From: Candidatus Latescibacterota bacterium
GTDB taxonomy: Bacteria > Latescibacterota > UBA2968
Direction: 5' to 3'
NCBI GenBank assembly: GCA_965207885.1
Contig: OZ242311.1
Coordinates: 2,656,001 to 2,720,000, forward strand
DNA length: 64,000 nt
Below, piece by piece: positions 28,900 through 39,873 of this stretch. The translations under genes were made by a program, and so were the position numbers. How positions within the stretch are numbered: the first letter of the stretch is position 1; every line of letters begins with the position of its first letter. The notes below the pieces were generated by a model, which was not told the origin of the DNA, ran no database searches, and saw nothing but the letters and a program-made list of their open reading frames with translations.

Positions 28900-30054
28900 T
28901 TGAAGATTACATCGGTAAAAGCAGTTCCCGCATCATCTTCACCGCAAGGTCGCCCGCCACGCAACTACATGTTTGTGAAGATTGAAACCGATGAAGGTAT
29001 CACAGGCTGGGGGGAGGCGACCGCCGGTCCGCTTAGCGTTGCAACCCAGATCGACGAGGTCGGTCAGGTGCTGGTGGGCGAAGATCCCTGGCAGATCGAG
29101 AAACACTGGCAGACACTCTACCATCACTTTTTTGTGCGGGGCGGTGTCGTGCAGATGTCAGCCATAAGTGGCATAGAAATCGCTCTGTGGGACATCAAAG
29201 GCCAGGCCGTGGGACTGCCCATATACGAAATGCTGGGCGGAAAGATGAGAGATCGGATCTGGTGCTATGGCAGGTGGGATGGGCCTACACCTGAAGGGGC
29301 TGCTGAAACTGCGATGAATAACGTATCAAATGGATTGACGGCGCTCAAGGGGGATCCGTTTGACCATTGCGGGCTGTTTATTCCGGCAGAAGCCGAACGC
29401 GTCGCCATCAAAAAACTGGAAGCTGTTCGCAAAGCAGTGGGCGACGACGTTGAGTTGCTCGTTGAGGTGCATGGACGGCTTGCCCCGGCAGACGCCATCC
29501 GCATCGGCAATGCGATGGCCGACTGTCGGCCCTTTGTGTACGAAGAACCCGTGCCACCAACAAACCTCGACGCGATGCAACGGGTTGCCGAGGCCGTAAG
29601 CATCCCACTGGCGACAGGCGAGCGGCTTTACACCAAGTGGGAATTTACCGACTTGCTGAGCCGACAAATTGTGAAGATGATTCAACCCGACATTGTTCAA
29701 GGTGGCGGTATATTGGAGTTGAAGAAGATTGCGGCGATGGCAGAAGCCCATTATGTCGGTTTCCAACCACACAACCCCTACGGCCCGCTTTGCACGATCG
29801 CGTCTTTGCATCTCGATGCCTGCACCCCAAACTTTATGATTCAGGAAGGCGGAATCAGCCCGTGGTTTCAAGACGCTTGCACGGGCGACTTCCCGGTTCA
29901 GAAGGATGGCTTTTTGCCGATCCCGACCGGCCCCGGGCTGGGCGTGTCCATGAACGAGGAGTGGCTCAAGGCAAATCCCTGGCGTTACGACGCAAATATT
30001 TGGCGGCCCCGTCCTGGTACGGTCGCATCATTACAAGATACAAAGTGGGTCTAA
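28900..30054 (+). CDS. Galactonate dehydratase-like enolase-superfamily enzyme
   Basis: GWGEAT, IALWDIKG, EVHGR, YEEP, TGERL, QPD, PHNP. Confidence 0.88.
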   Translation: MKITSVKAVPASSSPQGRPPRNYMFVKIETDEGITGWGEATAGPLSVATQIDEVGQVLVGEDPWQIEKHWQTLYHHFFVRGGVVQMSAISGIEIALWDIKGQAVGLPIYEMLGGKMRDRIWCYGRWDGPTPEGAAETAMNNVSNGLTALKGDPFDHCGLFIPAEAERVAIKKLEAVRKAVGDDVELLVEVHGRLAPADAIRIGNAMADCRPFVYEEPVPPTNLDAMQRVAEAVSIPLATGERLYTKWEFTDLLSRQIVKMIQPDIVQGGGILELKKIAAMAEAHYVGFQPHNPYGPLCTIASLHLDACTPNFMIQEGGISPWFQDACTGDFPVQKDGFLPIPTGPGLGVSMNEEWLKANPWRYDANIWRPRPGTVASLQDTKWV

Positions 30055-30084
30055 TCATCAGCACCGAGTATAGGAGAGACGTCC

Positions 30085-31491
30085 ATGCCACAACCGGCTC
30101 AACAGCCCAATATCCTGTTTGTGTTTTCCGACCAGCAGCGTGCATCGGCAATGGGTTGCTACTACGGCGATGAAGATCTGGAGACACCGCACTTCGACGC
30201 ATTCGCCAGGCAGGGAATGAAATTGGAAAGTGCCGTGTCAACGACCCCGCTTTGTTGCCCCTACAGGGCCATATTGATGACGGGATTACACGGCCATCGC
30301 ATGGGGATAACGACCAACGGGTATCATCCGGATCTAAGTGAATATGCCCACATCGGCAAGGCTTTCAAAAACGCAGGGTACCGCTGTGGTTATATCGGCA
30401 AATGGCATTTAGGAGATGTACAACTCGATTCGGGTCATCCGATGCGTCTGGGATTCGACGATGAATGGTTTGTACCTCTGGTATCGAGTCACGCGAGTCC
30501 CAATCGAAACTATGCGGTGAACAGCACTGAGACTGTGGTTGGAGAAGGGTTCGACAAGCCGCAGATCGAGGCCAACAGGGCCATTGAGTTCATTCGAGGA
30601 CAGGACGGTGGAACGCCCTGGTGCCTGTTTCTTTCATGGTATCCCCCTCATCCCCCACTGGTATCTCCAGAGGTATATCTCGAAAAATATCGGGGACGGG
30701 ACCTGAAGTTTCATCCCAATGTGAAGACCGTAGATGCAGAGGCGCTCAATCGCTTTCAGGACCATTATGCACATTATTACGGTCTCGTAACGGGCCTGGA
30801 TACTGAGTGGGAACGCTTGATGCAGGCCCTGGAAGACAGTGGTCAGGCGGAAAACACCATTGTGGTGTACACCTCGGATCACGGTGAAATGCTAAACAGC
30901 CAGGGCTGGCGAGGCAAACGATGGCCTCATCGCGAATCCACCCAGGTTCCTTTTCTGATTCGATGGCCAGGCGAGATTGAAGCCAACGCCACACTGGACA
31001 TGCCGTTTGGTACGCCAGACATTTTTCCCACGCTATGTGGACTCGCAGGGATCAATGTGCCATCGGGGTTGGACGGAGCCGATCTGTCCGGCGTCATCCT
31101 CGGCAGCGATTCCAATGGGCACCAGCAAGAGTACGCCTATATGGAGATGCATCACAGCTTCATTCCGTGGCCCGGCTGGCGCGGGATTCGCACAGCGAAG
31201 TACAATTACGCGCGAATGGAGGAAGGACCATGGGTGTGTTTCGATCTTGAAAACGATCCCTACGAACAGAACAACCTGGTCGAAGAGAATGGCGCGGTCG
31301 TGTCGGAACTGGATGGGCTTCTTGTAGATGCGATGAAAAAAGCGGGCGATTCCTGGCGCGATGTCGGCAGGGAAGTAGGCGATTGGCAGGAGTGGCACGG
31401 CAATAAACAGATTGGGCAACTCGGATTGGATGCTGAATACCCGGGTTCCGAGGCCATTCGAATCTGGGCAGAACGGAACAATCTTGTGTAG
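30085..31491 (+). CDS. Sulfatase
   Basis: PNILFVFSDQ, CCPYR, GKWHL, YTSDHG. Confidence 0.92.
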   Translation: MPQPAQQPNILFVFSDQQRASAMGCYYGDEDLETPHFDAFARQGMKLESAVSTTPLCCPYRAILMTGLHGHRMGITTNGYHPDLSEYAHIGKAFKNAGYRCGYIGKWHLGDVQLDSGHPMRLGFDDEWFVPLVSSHASPNRNYAVNSTETVVGEGFDKPQIEANRAIEFIRGQDGGTPWCLFLSWYPPHPPLVSPEVYLEKYRGRDLKFHPNVKTVDAEALNRFQDHYAHYYGLVTGLDTEWERLMQALEDSGQAENTIVVYTSDHGEMLNSQGWRGKRWPHRESTQVPFLIRWPGEIEANATLDMPFGTPDIFPTLCGLAGINVPSGLDGADLSGVILGSDSNGHQQEYAYMEMHHSFIPWPGWRGIRTAKYNYARMEEGPWVCFDLENDPYEQNNLVEENGAVVSELDGLLVDAMKKAGDSWRDVGREVGDWQEWHGNKQIGQLGLDAEYPGSEAIRIWAERNNLV

Positions 31492-31602
31492 CGAGCGGCG
31501 ACTATCGAGTATGAGCCCGGTCGTCTCTTTACTGGGGACATGAGCCTGGCGAGGTGAGTTGTATCCAGGGACCTATGTTAGTCTAAAATAAAAGGAATTG
31601 AA

Positions 31603-32850
31603 ATGAATCGCTCTGTTCTGGACTGGCCAACAGGTGTTACCGTCTATCACCCTGACCGATGTTATAATGGGTACACGCTCGTTCATGGGCGAGGGCCCTG
31701 GGATCCCGTGCGTGGCATCTCGGCCGAACAGGTCGATCGATGGCACTTGATAGACATGAAGGGTCAGGTGGTTCACGAGTTCTACGGAAACCCGGCGACG
31801 CAGCGCGGCTCTCAGCTATTTGAACGCGTTGCAAACGGCCACTATATCAGCAATGGGGCCTCCATCACCGAACAGGACTGGGATGGAAATATTGTCTGGT
31901 CTCTGTCCTCGGACTTCCGCGAGGATGCGCGACCAACGGGTTTCCATCACGACATCCAGAAGACTTCTGAACACACCTATCTCGCTATGGTCGCGGATCG
32001 CGTGGATGCCCCTCAGATATCGCGCGTCACACTCAAAGACGATCACATCCTGGAAATAACTTCGAAGGGCGAGATCGTCTGGGAATGGTGGGGGCATCAC
32101 CACCTGGAAGAATTCGGATTCAGCGATCGTGCGAAGCAGATCATATTTGAAACTGGCGGGGGGCAACAGCCCGGACAGGAAGGGGACTGGCTCCATCTGA
32201 ATACGCTTCACACACTTCCCGACAATCCTTTATACGATCAGGGGGATACGAGATTCAAGCCGGGAAATATTCTCAGCTGTTCCAGAAATGGAAATCAGAT
32301 ATTTATTATCGAGAAATCGACTGGAAATATCGTCTGGAAGTGGGGCTATTTGGACCAGATGGAAACCATGTGGTTAAACGGGACCGAAGGGCAGAATCAA
32401 TACCTGGTAGGTCCACACGATCCCAAAATGCTGCACAACGGAAATATCCTGATATACGACAATGGAGGCGGTACGGGTTATCCTCCGATTAATCGATTCT
32501 ACACCCGGCTTGTAGAAATCGATCCCGTGAGTGGAGAAGTCGTATGGGAATATGCTGCGGGGCCTCAGGCCAGCAAATTCCTGAGCATTGTTACTGGCGG
32601 TGTACAGCGCCTCCCAAATGGGAACACGCTGAGTCTGGACACGGATAAGGGACGGATTTTCGAAGTGACCTGGGAAGGTGAAATCGTGTGGGAGTACATC
32701 AATCCGAGAGGCGGGTTCTACAGAACCCAGCGCATTGCCTACCCCGATTGCCCACTGGATTCTCCGGACCCGAAGCCAGCAGACCTCCCGGTTCCCGATC
32801 ACCTCGGCCTGCCGGTATCAGATACCCTGGATTACTGCCCATCTCTCTAA
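31603..32850 (+). CDS. Aryl-sulfate sulfotransferase (ASST) family beta-propeller
   Basis: FHHD, DWLHLN, GPHDP…ILIYDNG, QRLPNGNTL. Confidence 0.85.
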   Translation: MNRSVLDWPTGVTVYHPDRCYNGYTLVHGRGPWDPVRGISAEQVDRWHLIDMKGQVVHEFYGNPATQRGSQLFERVANGHYISNGASITEQDWDGNIVWSLSSDFREDARPTGFHHDIQKTSEHTYLAMVADRVDAPQISRVTLKDDHILEITSKGEIVWEWWGHHHLEEFGFSDRAKQIIFETGGGQQPGQEGDWLHLNTLHTLPDNPLYDQGDTRFKPGNILSCSRNGNQIFIIEKSTGNIVWKWGYLDQMETMWLNGTEGQNQYLVGPHDPKMLHNGNILIYDNGGGTGYPPINRFYTRLVEIDPVSGEVVWEYAAGPQASKFLSIVTGGVQRLPNGNTLSLDTDKGRIFEVTWEGEIVWEYINPRGGFYRTQRIAYPDCPLDSPDPKPADLPVPDHLGLPVSDTLDYCPSL

Positions 32851-32885
32851 AATTCGATGTCACCCTTCATCCCGACTACAGGATT

Positions 32886-33818
32886 ATGCCCATGTCCGAT
32901 TACACGTTTAAACTCGCCATGTTCACGACCGAACTGAGACTGCCCTATGACCGGGCATTTCCCAAAGCGAAAGAGATCGGCGCGGATCGCATCTGGTACG
33001 CGCCTTCGGCAGGCGACCTTCCGTTTGAAGCCATGACCGACGCGGATATGGACCGCATCGGCGCGTGCGCCGAGCAGCATCAAACGGAGCTCTTCCTGCT
33101 CTGCGGAGGCCGTAAGTTTAAAACTGTGCATCTCAGCTATCTGGATCTGGACCATATGGAAGAACATCCCGAATTCCAGGAAGCCCGAGAGGAATTGACC
33201 GCCGCCATGAAGATGGCCGCCCGACTCAAAATTCCGGCAGTAGCCACGTTTACATTTGCCTGGCCGGGTGAATATACCGCTGGTAAGCCGACCTGGCCCA
33301 TGCGATGGATGACCCGCGGCGGCGTCATTTCCGATCTGGACATGGACAAACTGGTCCGGGCGTTTACGCTGCTGGTCGAAGATGCTGATCGCTACGATGT
33401 GGATCTGCCGCTGTGCATGATGCCGTGGAATTACACGAATACCACGGAACACATGCGGCAGGTGATCGAGGCGGTCGGTTCACCTCGCCTGAAAACGGTC
33501 TGGGGGCCAGCGGATACCATGAACTGCGGCGAATCGGACACCGCCACCCGCGGATTTCAGAATGTCCGTCCGTATCTTCATACGCTCCACATAAAAGATC
33601 TGACAGTCATAGACGGTCTGAAATGCGAGTTTGAATACTGTCCCATCGGCGAAGGGGACGTGGATTTTCCGACGGTACTGCGGAACCTGCGCGATTATCA
33701 GATCGACGCGGTGATATCCATCGCCACCCACTTCAAGCCGGAAAGCGGGTCGGCGGAAGAAGCGATGCGTATCAACTTTGCCAATATGAAAGCGTTGATC
33801 GGTGGGGTAGGGGACTGA
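32886..33818 (+). CDS. Sugar phosphate isomerase/epimerase TIM barrel
   Basis: LHIKD and PIGEGDVDF motifs. Start is 32886 or 32892; the longer ORF overlaps the ASST gene. Confidence 0.8.
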   Translation: MPMSDYTFKLAMFTTELRLPYDRAFPKAKEIGADRIWYAPSAGDLPFEAMTDADMDRIGACAEQHQTELFLLCGGRKFKTVHLSYLDLDHMEEHPEFQEAREELTAAMKMAARLKIPAVATFTFAWPGEYTAGKPTWPMRWMTRGGVISDLDMDKLVRAFTLLVEDADRYDVDLPLCMMPWNYTNTTEHMRQVIEAVGSPRLKTVWGPADTMNCGESDTATRGFQNVRPYLHTLHIKDLTVIDGLKCEFEYCPIGEGDVDFPTVLRNLRDYQIDAVISIATHFKPESGSAEEAMRINFANMKALIGGVGD

Positions 33819-33825
33819 TTCTCGA

Positions 33826-34878
33826 TCATTGCGGTACAGCGTCGCTGATGAACCCTTCGTTTCTCACCAGGACCTGGAGATCCAGGTTTGTCATAGGGAA
33901 ATCCACCCGGGCGTTGCCCAACCGCTCCGATTCGTGAAGAGAAAGCACCATTTCCAGTGCCGCTCGTCCATCTTCTCCAGTGGATATCGTATCCCGATCG
34001 CGGTCGAGGCTTTCTGCAATCTCCTCTACTGACAACGGGATCACACATCGGCCCCTGTCCGTTGTATTCAGCTTGTGTTCCTCTGGTATTTCGGGGAATT
34101 TTTCCTCTTTATTTTTGACGAAGAGCTTGAACTGACGTGGCCGTGTATTGGCCACCGTTATCCGTCCCCTGGATCCCAACAATTCAAAGAGGTGTTGGGC
34201 GCTCCCTCCGGTGGATCCGTTCACAATGCATTGTACGCCATTTTGAAAATGAAAGTACCCGGCACCACGGGGATCCAGAGCATCCGGATCCACCAGATGA
34301 CCGGTTGCCCACGCGACATCGCCTGCAAAGAAGCGCAGCATGTCGAAAAAGTGGGTTCCGTTATTGGCAAGCCCGGCGCTGTACTGGAGCGTCATCGCTT
34401 GAAGGGAGCCGATTACCTCCTGATCGATTAGCTCCTTAATTTGGCGAAATTGCCAATCCCATCGGCGCGTGTGGTTAATGCTCAGCTTTACGTTGTTTCT
34501 CCGGCAAGCATTAATCATTTCGTCTGCCTCTCGCAACGTAGTCGCCATCGCCTTCTCACAGAATATGGCTTTTACTCCTGACTGAGCCGCGGCAACAACG
34601 ATATCCCGATGCGGAATGGGATAGGTGCAAACACTCACGATATCCAGTTTCTCAGTATCCAGCATTTCCCGCCAATCTGTGTACAGACCCGGAACATCCC
34701 ATTTGCCTCCAAAACTCTGTCGGCGTTTATCGTCCCGATCTGCTGCTGCGACAATACGGGTTCGATCACAGTGATTGTAACAACCCGCATGGGTGTTCGG
34801 CGTTCCGCGATGTGTTTCCTGCTCCAGTAGGCTTGAAATCCTGCCACAGCCGATAACACCAACGTTATAAATTTGCAT
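33826..34878 (-). CDS. Gfo/Idh/MocA oxidoreductase
   Basis: VGVIGCG, IFCEKAMA, NHTRRW, GTHFFD; GGAG RBS. Confidence 0.9.
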   Translation of the reverse strand: MQIYNVGVIGCGRISSLLEQETHRGTPNTHAGCYNHCDRTRIVAAADRDDKRRQSFGGKWDVPGLYTDWREMLDTEKLDIVSVCTYPIPHRDIVVAAAQSGVKAIFCEKAMATTLREADEMINACRRNNVKLSINHTRRWDWQFRQIKELIDQEVIGSLQAMTLQYSAGLANNGTHFFDMLRFFAGDVAWATGHLVDPDALDPRGAGYFHFQNGVQCIVNGSTGGSAQHLFELLGSRGRITVANTRPRQFKLFVKNKEEKFPEIPEEHKLNTTDRGRCVIPLSVEEIAESLDRDRDTISTGEDGRAALEMVLSLHESERLGNARVDFPMTNLDLQVLVRNEGFISDAVPQ

Positions 34879-34959
34879 AGAAAAGCTCCGGGGAAAATCG
34901 TGGGAAGAACTCGTTTTCAAGATCTCAGATCACAATCCAAACAAAGATTTCTACCTTCA

Positions 34960-36087
34960 TCATTGTACCTTCTCGCCTGCTTTCCCGCGGTCTTCCTGCC
35001 GCTCCAGCGGCAGTTCTTGCAAAAATGTCCACTGACGGTCCCCCAGCTTTTGAAGCTGCGATTCGTCGAGTTCCATCCCTAGACCCGGACCTTTAGGCAC
35101 GAGAAGGTAGCCATTTTCGTACTGGACCCGGTGTTTGACAACGTCGTCAATGTAGAGTTGCGCGCCAGCCGCATCGCCAGGGTAATCGAGGTTGGATACC
35201 GATGCGCCCAGATGCGCCTGCGCGGAGGTCCCAATAGAAAGTTCCTGAGTTGTGCCAATCAAGGTGGAGATTCCGGTGGCCTGTGCTATGGCGAAGATCT
35301 GGCGCGATCGTTTGATGCCCTGGTGGCAGGTCGCAATATTGAAGATGTCGACAGCCTGTCCTTCCGCGAAAGCAATGGCCTGGGTCTCGTCGCTGACATG
35401 CTCACTGACCGGGAACCGGATGCGCTCACGCACCTTTGCTTTGCCCGGGATGTCGGGTGCGGGACTTTCAACCAGGATCGGCTCGACCCACTGCAGACGC
35501 TCAATGGCGGCTACGCACGACTTCCAATCAAGTCGGCGGCTGAAGTCCAGTGATTTAACTTTGAATCGATCTCCATAACGATCGCGACACTCATGTAAGA
35601 TCTGATTGTCGATTTCGAGGTTTCCACCCACGTAAAATCGGAACAGGTCGAATCCCAGCTCGAGCATTCGACCGACTCGCTCGACGTTGGGTGCGACGTC
35701 CGCCTCTTCGAATTGTCGAAAGATGGGGTAGCAGATTTTGTAGCGATCTCGGTAAGCACCTCCATAGAGGTCGTGAATTGGAATGCCCAAGCTCTTGGCC
35801 CGAAGGTCGTGAATCGCAATGTCCACACCTGCGCCAATCTGTCCCTTATATCCGTCGACGATCGGATCGATGGCGGTTGGATCGGATGGATCGATTCCGA
35901 TCAACGATTTCCGAAGTATATACTCGAGATGGTTGATGTCGGGTATGTTTCGGATACTGAGGTCGGACATTTCGCCCACACCAACTACACCATCGTCTGA
36001 GATGATACGGGTGATAATGTGAGGACTAAGCGTACCGTTCTCTCGTCTTGTTCCGACTGCAAATAGATCGAGCTCTTTAATGGTCAA
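34960..36087 (-). CDS. Mandelate racemase/muconate cycloisomerase-family enzyme
   Basis: GVGEMSD, DIAIHDLRAK, ESP, SEH, PKGPGLGMELD; TTG start. Confidence 0.85.
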   Translation of the reverse strand: MTIKELDLFAVGTRRENGTLSPHIITRIISDDGVVGVGEMSDLSIRNIPDINHLEYILRKSLIGIDPSDPTAIDPIVDGYKGQIGAGVDIAIHDLRAKSLGIPIHDLYGGAYRDRYKICYPIFRQFEEADVAPNVERVGRMLELGFDLFRFYVGGNLEIDNQILHECRDRYGDRFKVKSLDFSRRLDWKSCVAAIERLQWVEPILVESPAPDIPGKAKVRERIRFPVSEHVSDETQAIAFAEGQAVDIFNIATCHQGIKRSRQIFAIAQATGISTLIGTTQELSIGTSAQAHLGASVSNLDYPGDAAGAQLYIDDVVKHRVQYENGYLLVPKGPGLGMELDESQLQKLGDRQWTFLQELPLERQEDRGKAGEKVQ

Positions 36088-36168
36088 AGCAGACTCCTTT
36101 CATCGATCGTCTCAGGAACACCAATACGAATAGAGCGACCCTTGTCGCAGCTTGAACCTGACGCCAGT

Positions 36169-37020
36169 TTATGTCCCATTGTAATCGTAGGGCTGGTTTC
36201 GGAAAAGGTAGTCTATTGGTTCATCTACAAAAATTATGTTCGGGTCCAGGTCGCTTTCTGCAAAGGCGGTTTCACAACCGGTATTGAACCGGAGAGGGGG
36301 AAGGCGACGCATCCAGTGGCAACAGTAGATCGCTGCGATCATGAACCGCGTTTGGTCGGAGAGATTTGGCATTCCCCGGTGCCAGAGCCGGGGATCGCGG
36401 ATCAGAATGCTTCCCTTTTTTGTATTCCCCCGGACCGGCGGTGCCACTTTCCGGCGTGCTTCATGCAGGTGTTCTTCTACCTTGATATCATCTCCATCTA
36501 CCTTTTGCGTTTCCAGATGGGAGCCGGGCCAGAGTTCGATACTCCCGTTGGCTTCTGTAACCTCGTCCAGGGCAATATTGACGATGACTTTAGACGGCGG
36601 GTGCGCGACATCCAGGTTTGGCCAGAGTTGTCCCGAGTCAACGTGTACCGGCTGGAGCTCGCTGCCCGGCAAGTTGGTGTTGCCGGTGTAGCGGTTGTTG
36701 AAGATCCCTTCGCCGAGCAGGGCTTTCGAGACCTGGACCACATAGGGATTCGCCAGAACGTCGCGAAAGACGTACGGGGGGAAGGGGGGCGGCTCCTGCT
36801 GGACGTTTCCCCAAACGAAGTTATGGGGTGGCGCAGGGGCGTTCATGATCTTCTCTATGTCTTCGGTCATCCGCTCACAGAGAAGATCGAGGTGTTCGTG
36901 CGCGACCACTGCATTGAGGATGATGTAGCCCTCCGTTCGAATGGCATCGAGGGCCTGTTTCAGGTGCGCGTCGGTGAGAGATTCGGCTGCGTGTTCTTCC
37001 GGTGTGACGGTGATTTCCAA
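36169..37020 (-). CDS. PhyH-family dioxygenase
   Basis: QPVHVD, NGSIELWPGSH, LWHRGMPN…R. Probable TTG start at 37020 after AGGGAG (alternative 37056). Confidence 0.9.
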   Translation of the reverse strand: MEITVTPEEHAAESLTDAHLKQALDAIRTEGYIILNAVVAHEHLDLLCERMTEDIEKIMNAPAPPHNFVWGNVQQEPPPFPPYVFRDVLANPYVVQVSKALLGEGIFNNRYTGNTNLPGSELQPVHVDSGQLWPNLDVAHPPSKVIVNIALDEVTEANGSIELWPGSHLETQKVDGDDIKVEEHLHEARRKVAPPVRGNTKKGSILIRDPRLWHRGMPNLSDQTRFMIAAIYCCHWMRRLPPLRFNTGCETAFAESDLDPNIIFVDEPIDYLFRNQPYDYNGT

Positions 37021-37071
37021 GTGTACTCCCTTCCCGCAGAGCTTGCATCGTGTCATGAAAAAAGATGAGAG

Positions 37072-38106
37072 CTATTTTGTCGGGTCGTCCGACACCCGAA
37101 TAATAAGCTTACCAAAATTTTCACCTTTGAGCAGACCAATCAAAGCTGCGGGCGCGTTTTCCAAACCATCGACAATATCTTCCTTGTAGCGCAGTTTGTC
37201 TTCGCGAATCCATCCGCCTAAAGTGCTAAAAGCTTCTTCCCTTTGGTCCGCATAGTCCGAGACAATGAAACCCCGAAAGGTGAGTCGTTTGGTGAGAATT
37301 TGGCGCAGCATATAATGCATCTGGTTGGGACCGGGTGGCAATCCCGTATCATTGGCAATGGCGATGGTGCCACATACGGGTATCCGGGCAAAGGGGTTGA
37401 ACAGCGGCAACACCGTCTCAAACACCTTGCCAGCCACATTCTCAAAATAAACGTCAATCCCGTCTGGACAAGCACCAGCGATTTGTTCTTCAAAATCGTC
37501 GGCTCTGTGGTTCACACACGCATCGAATCCAAACGCATCGGTGACATACCGGCATTTTTCTTCAGACCCCGCGATGCCCACGGTCCGCGCGCCTTTGATT
37601 TTGGCGATTTGCCCAACGACCGAACCCACAGCTCCCGAGGCAGCCGCCACAACGACTGTCTCATCGGGTTGCGGTTTGCCGATATTGAGCAGCCCCGTGT
37701 ATGCGGTCATGCCCGGCATGCCCAGCACGCCCACTGAGGTAGAGATCGGCCCCCAGGCCGGATCGATCTTGCGCAGCGCCTTTCCGGGGAGCGCGAAAAG
37801 GGATTGCCACCCGCCCTTGCCTTCCACGATGTCGCCCTCGGCAAATTCCGAATCGTTTGAGGCGATCACCTTTCCCACGCAGCCGCCCTCCATCACCGTG
37901 CCAAGTTCGACCGGTTTGGCATAGTTTTTCGCCTTACTCATCCTGCCGCGCATGTAGGGATCCAGCGAAAGATAAATCGTCTGGCACAAAACTTCACCCT
38001 CACCAGGGGCAGGCACGTCGGATTCCACCAACTGGAAATCACCCGGTTTCGGTTCTCCTTCGGGACGAGCAACCAGCAAGATTTGACGGTTTTTTAGATC
38101 GGACAT
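37072..38106 (-). CDS. NADP-dependent oxidoreductase (YncB/CurA, prostaglandin reductase-like MDR)
   Basis: LSLDPYMRGRM, LGMPGMTAY, AASGAVGSVVGQIAK, GENFGK. Confidence 0.93.
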   Translation of the reverse strand: MSDLKNRQILLVARPEGEPKPGDFQLVESDVPAPGEGEVLCQTIYLSLDPYMRGRMSKAKNYAKPVELGTVMEGGCVGKVIASNDSEFAEGDIVEGKGGWQSLFALPGKALRKIDPAWGPISTSVGVLGMPGMTAYTGLLNIGKPQPDETVVVAAASGAVGSVVGQIAKIKGARTVGIAGSEEKCRYVTDAFGFDACVNHRADDFEEQIAGACPDGIDVYFENVAGKVFETVLPLFNPFARIPVCGTIAIANDTGLPPGPNQMHYMLRQILTKRLTFRGFIVSDYADQREEAFSTLGGWIREDKLRYKEDIVDGLENAPAALIGLLKGENFGKLIIRVSDDPTK

Positions 38107-38125
38107 ATGTATTCCTTTATCAAGT

Positions 38126-38971
38126 TCAAATGCGTGCGAATTTTTGCAGTCGATTGGGTAGGCGGGGCACTTCGGTGACGTAAATATCACCGCGACTATC
38201 AACGCAGATGCCGTGCGCAGGATCGATAAACTGCCCGGGATCTGAGCCTTCCTCGCCCCATCGTGCCAGCAGAGCACCATCCAGGTCAAAAATGCTGACG
38301 CGCTGGGGCGCTTCGGCAATATAGACAATATGATCTGCATCGATGTGTATGTTATTCGGAGATTGGATATCTGTCCACTCCTCTAGAAAGTTCCCATCAA
38401 AATCGAAAAGCTGAATGCGGTGGTTTTCTCGGTCGCTTACAAGCACGCGGTCGCGTGGGTCAATGCATAAATCGTGCGGCAGGGCAAACTGGCCGGGTCC
38501 CGTGCCTTCCTCGCCCCAGGAAAGAATCCGTTCGCCTTTCGCTGAAAAACGATGCACCCGGTGCTGGCCGTATCCATCCGAAACAAAAATCTCACCTGAG
38601 GGAGCGGCCATTGCCTTGGTTGGCCTGTTGAACGGCTCGCCCGGTGAACCTGTTTGGCCTGGCATCCCCAGGGTCTGAAGCACTTCTCCATCCGTGCTGA
38701 AGATACGCACAGTATGATCGTCAACATCCGCACAATAAATTCGATCTGCCGGGTCGATCCAGATATTATGCGGATTTGAGAGCACGTCATCACCCCATGC
38801 ACCGAGAAAGTGACCTTCCGAATCGTAAACCAGAATACCCGCAGGCTCTCGCAGGGTGACATAAACGCGATCCTGCGAGTCAACTGCCACATCGGGCACG
38901 ATCCCACCCATCTCTTTCCCTTCGGGACCTCGTCCCCATCCTTCAACAACGCGGTATTGATAAGTTGCCAT
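38126..38971 (-). CDS. NHL-repeat protein (peptidylamidoglycolate lyase-like)
   Basis: Repeated GQFxxPHxI and DxxNHRIQ motifs; SDGYGQHRV. Confidence 0.88.
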   Translation of the reverse strand: MATYQYRVVEGWGRGPEGKEMGGIVPDVAVDSQDRVYVTLREPAGILVYDSEGHFLGAWGDDVLSNPHNIWIDPADRIYCADVDDHTVRIFSTDGEVLQTLGMPGQTGSPGEPFNRPTKAMAAPSGEIFVSDGYGQHRVHRFSAKGERILSWGEEGTGPGQFALPHDLCIDPRDRVLVSDRENHRIQLFDFDGNFLEEWTDIQSPNNIHIDADHIVYIAEAPQRVSIFDLDGALLARWGEEGSDPGQFIDPAHGICVDSRGDIYVTEVPRLPNRLQKFARI

Positions 38972-38997
38972 CGTGTACTCCTTTCAAATATGCCCGA

Positions 38998-39831
38998 CTA
39001 CCTGTCCAGTTTAACCCAATCGGGCCAAACGCTGGCAAAAAATGCTCGCTGAATGCCCCGTACGCTCTCTCCGCCGTCAACAACGAGATTGGAGCCTACG
39101 CTGAAGTTGCCGGCTTGCGAAGCGAGAAAGATGGCCAGGCCTGCGATGTTTTCCTTCTCTCCAACCCGTTTGCCTGGAATGCTCTTCTTCATCTCGTCTG
39201 TGTGATCCCGAGCCACCTTATTCAAATCGCTGGGAAAATCACCGGGGGAGATGGTATTGACTTGAATCCCTTCCCAGGCCAAACTATCACCTAAATGTCG
39301 GCCCAAATGGATCACACCTGCTTTGCTGGCTCCGTAGGCATAATTGTAAGCTGTGTTGAGTTTACCACAGCCGTCGATAGACGCGATATTGATCACATTG
39401 CACGGTGTTTCTGGCGAAGCCCCCACGCGCAGGAATGGCAGAAACGCTTGGGTCATAAAAAAGATGCTTTTGAGATTGAGGTCCATCACCGCGTCCCATG
39501 TTTCCTCCGTCACATCCTCGATCTCCCTGCGACCATCGCTGATTCCAGCGTTGTTGATCAAAATATCGAGCGAATGTTCTCGTTCACCGTAGGCCTTTGC
39601 CAGCGCCTTGATTCCGGAGACTGAATTTACATCGGCTGCGATATACTCGCAGGAGCCGATTTGTGCAAGTTCCTCTTGTTTCTTTTTTAGAACCTCTTCT
39701 CTGCGTGCGACAATGTAAACCTTCGCTCCAAAATTGACAAAGCCTTCGGCGATCATCGCTCCGATGCCGGTCGAACCACCAGTCACCAGTGCGGTTTTTC
39801 CCTCCAGTGAAAATAGATCTCTCATTTTCAT
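38998..39831 (-). CDS. Short-chain dehydrogenase/reductase
   Basis: TGGSTGIG, NNAG, YGASK. Confidence 0.93.
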   Translation of the reverse strand: MKMRDLFSLEGKTALVTGGSTGIGAMIAEGFVNFGAKVYIVARREEVLKKKQEELAQIGSCEYIAADVNSVSGIKALAKAYGEREHSLDILINNAGISDGRREIEDVTEETWDAVMDLNLKSIFFMTQAFLPFLRVGASPETPCNVINIASIDGCGKLNTAYNYAYGASKAGVIHLGRHLGDSLAWEGIQVNTISPGDFPSDLNKVARDHTDEMKKSIPGKRVGEKENIAGLAIFLASQAGNFSVGSNLVVDGGESVRGIQRAFFASVWPDWVKLDR

Positions 39832-39873
39832 TTCTCCGTGAGTTGGGCAATCTGTCGATGTTCGGCTGCCTGC

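Noticed and set aside
36142-37068. 308-aa antisense ORF, and similar shadow ORFs such as 45114-46304 and 55530-56324
   Set aside because: They overlap well-supported genes, have no motifs, and are expected in GC-rich coding DNA.
38107-38340. N-terminal extension of the NADP oxidoreductase
   Set aside because: It overlaps the NHL gene. The AAGGA RBS and family start (MSDLKNRQILL) indicate 38106.
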